64,000 bases of DNA. It comes from Rhodothermales bacterium (GTDB lineage Bacteria; Bacteroidota; Rhodothermia; Rhodothermales; VXPQ01). The stretch lies in NCBI GenBank assembly GCA_040904565.1, contig JBBDTI010000072.1, forward strand, positions 1 through 64,000, in the 5' to 3' direction. Under the pieces are notes generated by a model that saw nothing but the letters and a program-made list of their open reading frames with translations, was not told the origin of the DNA and made no database searches. Made by a program: the position numbers and the translations under genes. Below, one piece after another: positions 36,315-45,563 of the stretch; the stretch's first letter is position 1; the number at the start of each line of letters is the position of its first letter.

Positions 36315-37193
36315 ATGACGAACCAGGAGACACCTCCGAATAATGCGAGCATCGCGAATCAGTTCGACGAGGTCGCGGAATTGCTCGACGTGCAGAACGC
36401 CAACCCGTTCCGTGTACAGGCCTATTTGAACGCCGCCCGGACGCTTCGTTCGCTCGACCGCGCGGTCGCGGATATACTGGCATCGGAGGGCATCGAAGGC
36501 CTCGAGCAGCTCCCACATATCGGATCCGGTCTCGCTGCGACCATCGATCAGATCGTGCATGACGGACGCCTACCGCTGCTCGAACGACTGCGTGGGGAAA
36601 CGTCCTCGCTGTCGATCCTCACCACAGTGCCCGGGATCGGCAAGCGCCTGGCAGAGCGCATACACGAGGAACTCGGCATCGGCACGCTGGCCGAGCTGGA
36701 GCAGGCCGCGCACCACGGCCGCCTGGATGAGGTGGAAGGCATTGGACCCAAAAGATTACGGGGCATCCGGGAGTCTCTGGCTGGACGGTTTCGTCGGACG
36801 CCAGGGCGCTCGAGTTACAGACGAAAGGCGGACATCGCACGTGATCAGACGCCGATATCGGAAATCTTGAGCGTCGACGAGGAATATCGAACGAAGGCCA
36901 GCAAGCGCGAACTCCCTCAAATAGCCCCCCGCCGTTTCAACCCGACGCACGAGTCCTGGTTACCCATCCTCCATACAACACGTGACGACCGGCATTACAC
37001 GGCACTGTTCTCCAACACCGCCCGCGCCCATGAATTGGGGATGACGGACGACTGGGTCGTTATTTATCGGGATGATTCGGGAAGCGGCACGCAGTGGACG
37101 GTTGTGACAGCCCGGTACGGCCCGCTCGAGGGTCGCCGCATCGTTCGCGGTCGTGAAGTGGAGTGCCGGGCTCATTATGACGTGACCTCATAG
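36315..37193 (+). CDS. Helix-hairpin-helix protein with PolX-like N-terminus and uncharacterised C-terminal domain
   Basis: NPFRVQAY, three HhH motifs (PHIG, PGIG, EGIG); C-terminal IAPRRFNP..WLPILH..HYTALFSNTARAHELG..DWVVIY; no polymerase palm or PHP domain. Confidence 0.85.
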   Translation: MTNQETPPNNASIANQFDEVAELLDVQNANPFRVQAYLNAARTLRSLDRAVADILASEGIEGLEQLPHIGSGLAATIDQIVHDGRLPLLERLRGETSSLSILTTVPGIGKRLAERIHEELGIGTLAELEQAAHHGRLDEVEGIGPKRLRGIRESLAGRFRRTPGRSSYRRKADIARDQTPISEILSVDEEYRTKASKRELPQIAPRRFNPTHESWLPILHTTRDDRHYTALFSNTARAHELGMTDDWVVIYRDDSGSGTQWTVVTARYGPLEGRRIVRGREVECRAHYDVTS

Positions 37194-37223
37194 GTGACCC
37201 GTTCACGGCGCATCGACGGGTCG

Positions 37224-37556
37224 CTATTCTTCGTCGGCATAGTCGTAATGCACGCGCACCACGATGCGACCGTCCTCGTTCGAGTCGATCGCCGTCACCT
37301 TGTGTACGACAATCCCCGATTCCTCGATGGCCGGCTTGCGATGAAACGCGTCGACCATGCTCCGTACGCGCGACCGCAGCGCCTCATCGCCCTCTGCAGC
37401 ACCTTCTCCTTCCACAAAACTCAGGTCCAGCTCAACCGGACCGTCGTGGTTCATCTCGTACTCGCGCACGACCTCTTCGATATGGGCCTCCAAATCGCTC
37501 TGATACTGCTGCACGGCCCGGGCTTCCATTTCTTTCCGACTTTCATTCGTTTCCAT
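37224..37556 (-). CDS. Small acidic hypothetical protein
   Basis: Protein-like composition, fills the gap between HhH and desaturase genes; probable ATG 37556. Confidence 0.6.
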   Translation of the reverse strand: METNESRKEMEARAVQQYQSDLEAHIEEVVREYEMNHDGPVELDLSFVEGEGAAEGDEALRSRVRSMVDAFHRKPAIEESGIVVHKVTAIDSNEDGRIVVRVHYDYADEE

Positions 37557-37784
37557 CCTGGCGACCTGTATGTGGTTGCATCGGCGTCCGATCCTTGCAA
37601 CCGTCACCGACAGGCTTGTTTCCCGTCAAATGCTACGCAGCTGTCAGGGGTGCCAATCTATCCAGAGGCGTTCCCGTTCCCTCCTCAAGCGTCCATTTTC
37701 TCGGATGTAGTTCGGGCGAAAACCGTGTGCCCTATCGATTTTTCCCGGGCGTCCGACACGAATGGCTTCACTCCGAACGGACCG

Positions 37785-38609
37785 TCAATCACCCGCCTCC
37801 CTATCCCGGTTCAAGAGCGGCGCGCGCAGCATACCGGTGACGGTCTGGTCTTCCGGACGATCGAACTCGTCCAGCCCGAGCCGTAGCTCGCGAAGGTTCT
37901 TCCTCAGCCTGAACGACCGTCCGATACGATCCCAGAATGAGAAAAGCGAGGAATAGTTCGAGTCCGTCTCCGGCTGCCACCTCGAATGATGCACCTTGTG
38001 CATGGCCGGGGTCACGATGATCGCTCGCAACGCGCGGTCGACCGGCTCGGGAAGGGCCAGGTTCGCGTGATGAAACTGGACGACGGCGAACATCACCGTC
38101 TCGTAGAAGAGCAGCTCCCAGAAGTAGACCCCCAACAGGATTATGAGCGGAATGCGAAGCAGCGAAGAGAAAAAGATCTCGCCGACGTGGAAGCGGCTTG
38201 CCGTCGTGACGTCCATCTTCGAATCGTAGTGGTGCACCCGGTGGAACCGCCAGAAAAACGGGATCATGTGATTCAGGCGATGCCACACGTACGTCCACGC
38301 ATCGAGAAGCAGCACGGCGCCGAGAGCGTGAACCCAGAGGGGCACGCCGGACGACGACACCATCCAGTGCAGCAGGCCGAAACCGCGCTCTGCCGCCCAG
38401 CCGGCCGCCGCGTACCAGGCGCCTGCGAACACGACGGCGACGAGGATCGCGTTGAGTCCACCAATGACCAGATTGCGCAGCACGTGCTTCCCGCGCTCCT
38501 TATGCCGACCGCGAAAATACGCGAAAAACGGATGGGCCTGCTCCCAAATGAGGAGCACGACCAGTCCGGCTATCATGACCGCAGGTTGAATCTGTTGGAT
38601 GTCCGGCAT
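37785..38609 (-). CDS. Sterol desaturase / fatty acid hydroxylase family protein
   Basis: His boxes HRLNH, HRVHH, HHAN, HKVHH and DSNY motif; TM helices. Confidence 0.9.
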   Translation of the reverse strand: MPDIQQIQPAVMIAGLVVLLIWEQAHPFFAYFRGRHKERGKHVLRNLVIGGLNAILVAVVFAGAWYAAAGWAAERGFGLLHWMVSSSGVPLWVHALGAVLLLDAWTYVWHRLNHMIPFFWRFHRVHHYDSKMDVTTASRFHVGEIFFSSLLRIPLIILLGVYFWELLFYETVMFAVVQFHHANLALPEPVDRALRAIIVTPAMHKVHHSRWQPETDSNYSSLFSFWDRIGRSFRLRKNLRELRLGLDEFDRPEDQTVTGMLRAPLLNRDREAGD

Positions 38610-38613
38610 GGCG

Positions 38614-39288
38614 TCAGGCTGCTTGCGAAACCGGATATCCGGCGCGCTTCCATTCAGGAAATCCATCGCGGAGCTTGCGTGCTCGAACGCCGTGGGACCG
38701 GAGCAGGCGTACGGCCTCGTGCGCGAAGACGCAGTAACGCCCCCGACAGTACGCCACGACCTCACGGTCCGACGACAATTCGCCGAGATAGTCGGAAAGT
38801 TCTTCTAGCGGGACGGACCGTGCGCCGGCGATGTGGCCTTGATCGAACTCGAGGCGCGGTCGGACATCGAGAAGGGATACGCTCCCGTCGTCCATGGCGG
38901 ACTTCAACTCCTCAAGCGTCATTTCACGTCCCTGCTCTTCACGGAGTCCAACCGCGGCAAGCAACCGATCGATTTCGGCCAGATGCTCCTCGCCGACCCG
39001 GTGCAAGGCCCGCACGACGTCGACTACGCCGAGGCTGCTCAGCCGGTAATAGGCATACGTTCCCTCACGACGGTTGACGACGAGGCGAGCGCGCAGCATC
39101 GTCCGGAGGTGCTGCGACGCACTCGCGACGGGCATGGCCGTCTCCCCGGCCAGCTCTTCCACGGTGCGCTCTCCCTGCGCCAGCACGTCCAGCAGCTCCA
39201 ACCGCCTGGCGTGCCCGAGCGCCCGGCCGATCCGGGCAAACTCCCCGTACAATCCATCCTTAAAGGCACGCTTCTCCTCGTGGTTCAT
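38614..39288 (-). CDS. ArsR/SmtB regulator fused to a rhodanese domain
   Basis: ARRLELLDVLAQGERTVEELA..ASQHL; LLDVRP..EF..GHIAGA, YCRGRYC, GFPEWK. Confidence 0.92.
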   Translation of the reverse strand: MNHEEKRAFKDGLYGEFARIGRALGHARRLELLDVLAQGERTVEELAGETAMPVASASQHLRTMLRARLVVNRREGTYAYYRLSSLGVVDVVRALHRVGEEHLAEIDRLLAAVGLREEQGREMTLEELKSAMDDGSVSLLDVRPRLEFDQGHIAGARSVPLEELSDYLGELSSDREVVAYCRGRYCVFAHEAVRLLRSHGVRARKLRDGFPEWKRAGYPVSQAA

Positions 39289-39533
39289 GCCGGCTCCTCG
39301 CTTGCTACGACCTCTTTCGAAGGGGCGGCGGCCGCGCGGTTGAGATCCGACAGCAGTCGATCGAGTGGAATCCGGTGCATGCGGGCCGCATTTCGCACGG
39401 ACATGACGCGGGCCATTATTCCGAAAAATCCCGCGCGCATATCCGGACAACCGTGAGAGAAGAAGACCTCTACCGTGTCCGGCCAATCCTGAATGACCCT
39501 GGCTACCTTCATATCGGACGTAATCGATGCCAT
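39285..39533 (-). CDS. DUF1858 domain protein
   Basis: ITSDMKVARVIQDWPDTVEVFFSHG...SVRNAARMHRI..LLSDLN; ATGA overlap with the ArsR gene. Confidence 0.8.
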   Translation of the reverse strand: MASITSDMKVARVIQDWPDTVEVFFSHGCPDMRAGFFGIMARVMSVRNAARMHRIPLDRLLSDLNRAAAAPSKEVVASEEPA

Positions 39534-39570
39534 GACTCCCGCTCTCGATTCACGTTACATATACGCTATC

Positions 39571-39600
39571 ATACTATTCAATTAAAGCATTGACTAGTAT
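39571..39600. promoter_or_regulatory. Putative ArsR operator (12-6-12 inverted repeat)
   Basis: ATACTATTCAAT-TAAAGC-ATTGACTAGTAT, one mismatch, AT-rich, about 40 nt upstream of the DUF1858 start. Confidence 0.7.
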
Positions 39601-39747
39601 ATACGCAACCTGCGGCGAACCGATTTGTGTCGCATCGTCGGCACATTGATTTGGCGTAACCAGGCGAGACGGTGCGAGAGGTAAACGCCGGTGCAAACGT
39701 CCCTTTCTTCCCCGCCTCCGACGTGATGGAATTGACGCCGGATGTGT

Positions 39748-40041
39748 TTAGACCATCATCACGGTTAAAAAGCGGAACATCAGAAAAGCACCGCCGGAAA
39801 CGGTCATGTTGGGCTGCGTTTTCTTGGCCGCGTCGCCGCCGAAACTCGAATGCGTCACGGAACCACGAACCCCCACGGACAGCGCGGACGGCAGAACGGC
39901 CTGCTGGACGGTCGCAGACGGGGCGTCTGACGCAACATCATTCGCGTTCATGTTTACCTGTGCATGCGCCCAGGTCGCTCCCATGAAGAGAAAGAGCAAC
40001 GCAAAGGCCACATGCCGTACACTGCTCGCTAGTCGTTTCAT
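39748..40041 (-). pseudogene. Possible truncated outer-membrane beta-barrel (PorT-like) protein
   Basis: RBS GAGGTG, signal peptide ending AHA-Q, SVGVRGSVTHSSFGG and VSGGAFLMFRF beta-strands, then early stop. Confidence 0.45.
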
Positions 40042-40379
40042 GGCGCGCACCTCAATACCTGATGTTGATCGTGATCTACCATCGCCCGGCAACGGGCGAC
40101 ATCGGAAGGAATGCGATACGAGGAGCGTATCGCATTCCATCGATGCATATCGCGTTTCGCATTTCCTTACTGCACTTTTCAATAGAATTAAACAGCGTTC
40201 CAATCCACCTCATATACTGGCCATATTGGAAGTGGGCCACCCCGACGCGAAAACTTGACACAGGCCCGCCGCACATGCTGTCAATTTTCCAGCACGCCGG
40301 CCGGCGCATTACGGCGTCCATGCCCGATCATCCGCATGTATGACCTACCGGCCGATCGCCGCATTTTCGAACGACACCG

Positions 40380-41597
40380 ATGAACGTAAAGGCATCCTAC
40401 GAACGCATTCCGGCTGCACTCTACCGTCAATGGTGGGGGGCGCTGTTAGTCGGTTCCGCTGTCGTCGCAGCGACGACGGCCGTCCTGCTCGCCGTGTGGC
40501 CTTTCCGTCATGCCGCACTCTGGGGTGCCACGGGGGGCATCACGCTGGCATATGTATTTGGCTACCTTCGTTACGGCCTGAAGTACAATCGCGCGGCGGC
40601 ATCCGAGCGTATAATTCCACACCTCGGGCCAGCAAACAGTCTCACCGTGACACGCGGCATACTCGCGGCCGTACTCTCGGGCTTCCTGTTCGTCCCCGAG
40701 CCACACGGACCGCTGGCCTGGTTACCGGCCGGTCTCTATCTCACGATCGGCGTACTGGACTATCTGGACGGACTCCTTGCACGGTCCGGAGGGCGTGAGT
40801 CTATACTTGGTTCCAAGATGGATATGACGTACGACGCGCTCGGAACCGTCGTCGCGATCGCGGTGGCCGTTCGATACGGACAACTTCCGGCGGTGTATCT
40901 GGGGATTGGACTGCTCTACTACGTCTTCCACGGGCACATGTACCTTCGGCGCATCAGAAACCTTCCCGTCCATCCGCTGCCTCCCAGCCGCAGGCGACGA
41001 TTTTACGCCGGATGCCTTTTCGGTTTTCTCGCCGTGGCCCTAGCGCCTCCCATGCAGCCACCGGCCACGGTGCTTGCCGGATGGCTGTTCGCGGTTCCGG
41101 TGGCCGCCGGATTCGTCCACGACTGGCTCGTGGCGATCGGACGCGCAGACGTCGCTTCCCCACGCTATCTGCGCATTCGGGCTCGCATGCAGTCGATCCT
41201 GTTCGACCGGCTTCCGGTTGCCCTGCGGGGTTTTGCGGTGGTCGCCGGACTCATTCTGCTGGGGCGGGGACTCTGGGGTCCCGCCACGTGGTCGGCACGA
41301 ATTACAGACGTGACGATGGTGGCGCCGCTCGTGCCTGCGTCCACTCTCGTACTCGTCCTCGTACTCTCCGTGGCGAGCGTGGGACTCGGGTGGATGGGAC
41401 GACTGGGGGCGGTCGCACTCCTCGGCGTGGGGTGTGCGGACATCCTGCTCGCGTCGTTCGACATCCTCAACGCGGCCGTCCTCGCGGGAAGCATCAGCCT
41501 TCTATTACTTGGAACCGGCATCCTGTCGCTAAACACGGCCGACGCGGAACAGATACTCCGGCACGCCGGCACGCCGACCTCTTCATCCACTGAATAA
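40380..41597 (+). CDS. CDP-alcohol phosphatidyltransferase family membrane protein with C-terminal extension
   Basis: GPANSLTVTRG and signature DYLDGLLAR-x7-G-x3-D-x3-D. Confidence 0.88.
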   Translation: MNVKASYERIPAALYRQWWGALLVGSAVVAATTAVLLAVWPFRHAALWGATGGITLAYVFGYLRYGLKYNRAAASERIIPHLGPANSLTVTRGILAAVLSGFLFVPEPHGPLAWLPAGLYLTIGVLDYLDGLLARSGGRESILGSKMDMTYDALGTVVAIAVAVRYGQLPAVYLGIGLLYYVFHGHMYLRRIRNLPVHPLPPSRRRRFYAGCLFGFLAVALAPPMQPPATVLAGWLFAVPVAAGFVHDWLVAIGRADVASPRYLRIRARMQSILFDRLPVALRGFAVVAGLILLGRGLWGPATWSARITDVTMVAPLVPASTLVLVLVLSVASVGLGWMGRLGAVALLGVGCADILLASFDILNAAVLAGSISLLLLGTGILSLNTADAEQILRHAGTPTSSSTE

Positions 41598-41599
41598 TC

Positions 41600-43513
41600 A
41601 TGCTCGATCTCGGCATCGTCCTCGCCTTCATCGTCTACGCCGTCGCGGCGGGCTTCAAGGCCCGGGGTAAGGCCTCACGCAATCTCGATGCGTATTTCCT
41701 GGCCGATCGCGACGTGAAGGGATGGAAGGCCGGCATCAGCATGGCCGCCACGCAGTACGCGGCCGACACCCCGCTGCTGTCGACCGGACTCATCGCTACG
41801 GGCGGCGTCTTCGTTCTCTGGAGATTCTGGATTTATGGATTCGGCTACATCCTCCTCGGGCTCGTATTCGCGGAGATGTGGCGACGAGCACGGGTGCTCA
41901 CGGACGCCGAGCTGACCGAGCTTCGGTACAGTGGACGCGGCGTCCTGGCCCTGCGAACCCTGAAGGCGATCTACTACGGCACCATCGTCAATTGCTTCTT
42001 TCTGGCCATGGTACTCATCGCGGCCGTTCGGATCGCTGAGGTTTTTCTTCCGTGGCACACCTGGCTCCCCGCAACGCTGTACGATGCGATCGCCGCGGGC
42101 GTACAGATCGCAGGCATCTCCATCGGTACGAGCGTAACCGGACTCGACCCGACGACCACCGCTGCAAACGGAATCATCAGCATCATCGCGATCGTCGCTT
42201 TCGTGCTGCTGTACTCGGCCACCGGTGGTTTGCGCAGCGTCGTGGCTACCGATGTCATGCAGTTCGCCTTTGCCATGGTGGGTACGGTCTGCTACGCCGT
42301 CCTCGTCGTGCTGGAAGTCGGGGGGATCGACCGGCTCGGCATCCGGCTGAGTGAGATATATGGACAGGCACAGAGCCGGGAATTGCTCGCGCTCCTTCCA
42401 ACGGAGGGCGGCGCGCTGCTGCCCTTTCTCGCCATTATCGGACTGCAGGGCCTTTTCTGGATCAGCAGCGACGGGACCGGATACCTGGCCCAGCGAGCGA
42501 TGTCGTGCCGCACCGATCACGATGCCCGCATCGCCGGCATGGTATTCAGCTGGGCGCAAATCCTCGGTCGCAGCCTGATCTGGCTGGTCATCGGCGCGGG
42601 TTTGCTGGTCGTCTATCCATTCACGCCGGCCGACGCGGCCGCTGAGGGATTTGCTGCTTCGAGAGAAATGACGTTCGTCCGCGGCATCGACGACCTGATG
42701 CCTGTCGGACTCAAAGGCATCATGCTGACCGGATTGCTGGCCGCACTGGCCTCCACCGTAGATACACACCTCAACTGGGGAGCCTCCTACTGGACGAACG
42801 ATCTCTACGACCGGCTCCTCTGCCGCCGGTGGCTCAAGCGTCCACCCGAGGATCGCACCCTCGTTTTCGTAGCCCGGCTATCCAACGTCGTCATCCTCGT
42901 CCTGGCACTGACCGTGATGGTCAACCTGCAATCGATTCAGGCCACGTGGTTCGTCTCCCTCGTCTTTGGGGCCGGCATCGGTGGCGTGCTCATGCTGCGC
43001 TGGCTATGGCACCGTATCAATATGTATGCGGAGGTCGCCGCAATCGCTACGTCGCTCCTCGCAGCGCCGCTCATTATCGCAACGGTAGACGCCGAGTGGC
43101 TGCGCCTTAGCCTGATCGTCGGTCTGTCGACGGGGGCGGCCATCGGTACGGCCTACCTCACACCTGCTACACCGGCCGCCGCACTCCAGGCATTCTACGA
43201 TCGGGTTCGTCCGCTCGGGTACTGGCCCGAACACATCATCGGAGCACACCGGCCGATGCACGCCCTGCGCCGGCGACTGCGATTCACGCTGCTGATGACC
43301 GCCTCGCTATTTCTGGCCCTCGTCGGCCTGGCGCGCCTGCTCGTACCCGTCCCGTCCGGCACGCCGCTATGGGGATGGGCCGCGCTTGCGGCATCCATCC
43401 TCCTCATACCGTTCTGGCTCTCCGCCTTCGAAAGGGACACGTTCGCGGACGGGCGTACGGAGGAGGCAGACATCGTGACGGATCCGGCGTCCAGACGCGA
43501 ACAGAACGAGTAA
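41600..43513 (+). CDS. Sodium:solute symporter (SSS) family protein
   Basis: YFLADR..WKAGISMAAT, ELRYSG, GGLRSVVATD, YLAQR, AALASTVDTHLNWG; starts 2 nt after the upstream stop. Confidence 0.9.
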   Translation: MLDLGIVLAFIVYAVAAGFKARGKASRNLDAYFLADRDVKGWKAGISMAATQYAADTPLLSTGLIATGGVFVLWRFWIYGFGYILLGLVFAEMWRRARVLTDAELTELRYSGRGVLALRTLKAIYYGTIVNCFFLAMVLIAAVRIAEVFLPWHTWLPATLYDAIAAGVQIAGISIGTSVTGLDPTTTAANGIISIIAIVAFVLLYSATGGLRSVVATDVMQFAFAMVGTVCYAVLVVLEVGGIDRLGIRLSEIYGQAQSRELLALLPTEGGALLPFLAIIGLQGLFWISSDGTGYLAQRAMSCRTDHDARIAGMVFSWAQILGRSLIWLVIGAGLLVVYPFTPADAAAEGFAASREMTFVRGIDDLMPVGLKGIMLTGLLAALASTVDTHLNWGASYWTNDLYDRLLCRRWLKRPPEDRTLVFVARLSNVVILVLALTVMVNLQSIQATWFVSLVFGAGIGGVLMLRWLWHRINMYAEVAAIATSLLAAPLIIATVDAEWLRLSLIVGLSTGAAIGTAYLTPATPAAALQAFYDRVRPLGYWPEHIIGAHRPMHALRRRLRFTLLMTASLFLALVGLARLLVPVPSGTPLWGWAALAASILLIPFWLSAFERDTFADGRTEEADIVTDPASRREQNE

Positions 43514-43726
43514 AGGGAGGGCAACATGAAGCCGGGTAAGGGGAGCCCATATGAAGGCGAGGAAGCTCGGTCCACTCAACGGCCCACTAGTGTCTAACTG
43601 CCACCCCCGTAGTGTTAAACAGCCTCTCGAAAGGCAGTTTAACCTCTATCGAATTGCCGGATGCTACAGGATCTTTCGGTTAGCCGCGTCAATCACGTAG
43701 CACGCGTAGCAAAGGAGTAGCGATTT

Positions 43727-43939
43727 ATGCAGCGTGGACTTGATATGGAGCTCGGCGAGCTCCTCTCATCTGCCCGAGCGAGCGGGCATATAGATTCGTG
43801 GTCTCGATCGGGCACTTCCCTGCACGTTCGCATAGGCTGCGTCACGTACAATCTTGAGATGAACGACGCCGCAACGTTTCTGCGCAGGCTCATCCATGCG
43901 TCGGACAATGGATCCGCTCAGTTCTCGGCAAAGCAGTAA
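43727..43939 (+). CDS. Small hypothetical protein (70 aa), homologous to 9727-9960
   Basis: RBS AAGGAG upstream; ungapped similarity to the 77-aa ORF at 9727-9960. Confidence 0.7.
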   Translation: MQRGLDMELGELLSSARASGHIDSWSRSGTSLHVRIGCVTYNLEMNDAATFLRRLIHASDNGSAQFSAKQ

Positions 43940-44598
43940 AAGAGACCGTCTCCGCCCGTCCCCTGTAGGTCGGACTGGCTGCAACCGCTGGATGCGTGGG
44001 CCGAGTTCCATGAGGTCGGATTCGCGCCGCCACCGGTTCGGTCATGATGACCGACCTGGGCGCTACCCTCGCCGTTGCTCGTCCAATTCTGACAGGTCAG
44101 GTCTTCGTCTTGAGGGAACGCGGTACCGTCCAGCTGCGACCCCGTAAGAATGTCGTGCCGGTTCGGATCGTCACCCCGACCGTTCACCACGTTGCCGTTT
44201 TCGTCGAGGGAGACTTCCTTACTCAAATTGTTGTCGTCGCTGTGCAGGTGCTCTACGTTTTCCGCGGCGAGTACCCCCTCGGCATTATACCAGGGTCCCG
44301 ACCCAATGCGGTCGCGTGCGTCGACAGCATCCGCATCGTCGGTACCCTGCGTGCTGAGATACGCACGCCACGCGCGATCACCGGCATCAGCTTCCTCAGC
44401 CAGCACCTGACAGTGTTGATCCGCGCCGGCGAGCCCACCCAGATTAGCACCGTCTCCAGGCCCCGCACTCGTAATGAAGAATCCCATCTCGTGCTCCATG
44501 CTCGAATCGGAACCGGCCGTATCGGCCGACCCTCCGCCGCCGCAAGCCGTGAACGCGAGCAACAGCATCAGGACGGAGACCGTCTGAACATACGGCAT
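43918..44598 (-). CDS. Endostatin/C-type-lectin-like fold lipoprotein
   Basis: Lipobox FTAC; NLGGLAGADQHCQ..WRAYLS..ARDRIG.GPW, HDILTGS, CQNWTS, GLFYCF; start uncertain. Confidence 0.75.
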   Translation of the reverse strand: MPYVQTVSVLMLLLAFTACGGGGSADTAGSDSSMEHEMGFFITSAGPGDGANLGGLAGADQHCQVLAEEADAGDRAWRAYLSTQGTDDADAVDARDRIGSGPWYNAEGVLAAENVEHLHSDDNNLSKEVSLDENGNVVNGRGDDPNRHDILTGSQLDGTAFPQDEDLTCQNWTSNGEGSAQVGHHDRTGGGANPTSWNSAHASSGCSQSDLQGTGGDGLFYCFAEN

Positions 44599-44766
44599 CA
44601 CCGATGTTCGAAATGTCGTCTGCGATTTCTGCATTGCTGTATTCACCATGATTGCGGGCATATGATCGGTCACGGAAGCGTCAGTCGGACGGCCTCAATA
44701 TACGATTCCGTAACGGACTTCACATCAACCTCATAAGAATCCGTCGGAAGAATGGCGTCTCCCCCG

Positions 44767-45207
44767 TCAAACGTTCGTCGACAGCGTCGGACGCGAGGAA
44801 ATATAGTGGTCGAATGAATACCGCCCGGCACCTGCCAGTAGAAAGAACAGCGCGATGCACAGAAACAGGACACCGCGTTCCCGATTACCGAACGGGTCGC
44901 CGGCATGCGCTATGAACACGACGGTCAGCATGTTGAGCGAGATGAAGAGCGCAGCCGGCCGCGTCGCCAGACCGATCGCCAGAAGAAGGCCGCAGCCAAA
45001 CTCGGCAAACCCGCTCATCCAGGCGAAAAACGTGGGGAACGGGAAACCCATCTCGCCGGCCCCCTGGATGAATCGTTCCGACGGAGGCACCTTTCCGAGT
45101 CCGTGCGCCAGGGCGAGGGCGAGTCCCGCCCCGATCCGCAGCAATGCACGACCGGCGTCCGCCGCGGATGAATTCAAGGCGGCACTTCCAAATACAAGAT
45201 GTTTCAC
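44767..45207 (-). CDS. DoxX family membrane protein
   Basis: LLRIGAG..AHGLGK, GFPFP, AEFGCGLLLAIGLATR, GAGRYSFD; probable GTG start. Confidence 0.88.
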   Translation of the reverse strand: MKHLVFGSAALNSSAADAGRALLRIGAGLALALAHGLGKVPPSERFIQGAGEMGFPFPTFFAWMSGFAEFGCGLLLAIGLATRPAALFISLNMLTVVFIAHAGDPFGNRERGVLFLCIALFFLLAGAGRYSFDHYISSRPTLSTNV

Positions 45208-45563
45208 TTCACCACAGAGTTTCTTTGAAGGTATCGAACGATGCCCGACGATGGACCGCGGAGGTCCGTCGCAGGGCATTACCGTACGCTGGCCAACGGC
45301 ATGCTATTGACTACCGAGGCCGGTCGAAAGAAAGCAATCACGAGCGGCACCGTGACGTAACGAATTGCACATGGAAGCCCCACGCCCGGCGCATCTTATA
45401 CGAAACGTCGACGTCCAGCAGACGGGACCATCCCTCGTGCATCGGCGGTAATACCGTGGAGAACGAATACCATGTTACGAATACGGACATAGCGAATGGT
45501 CGGCCGGGTCTGGCCGGTGCCCGTCCCGTCCACCGCCTCCCACACAAACGACCTTACGATATC

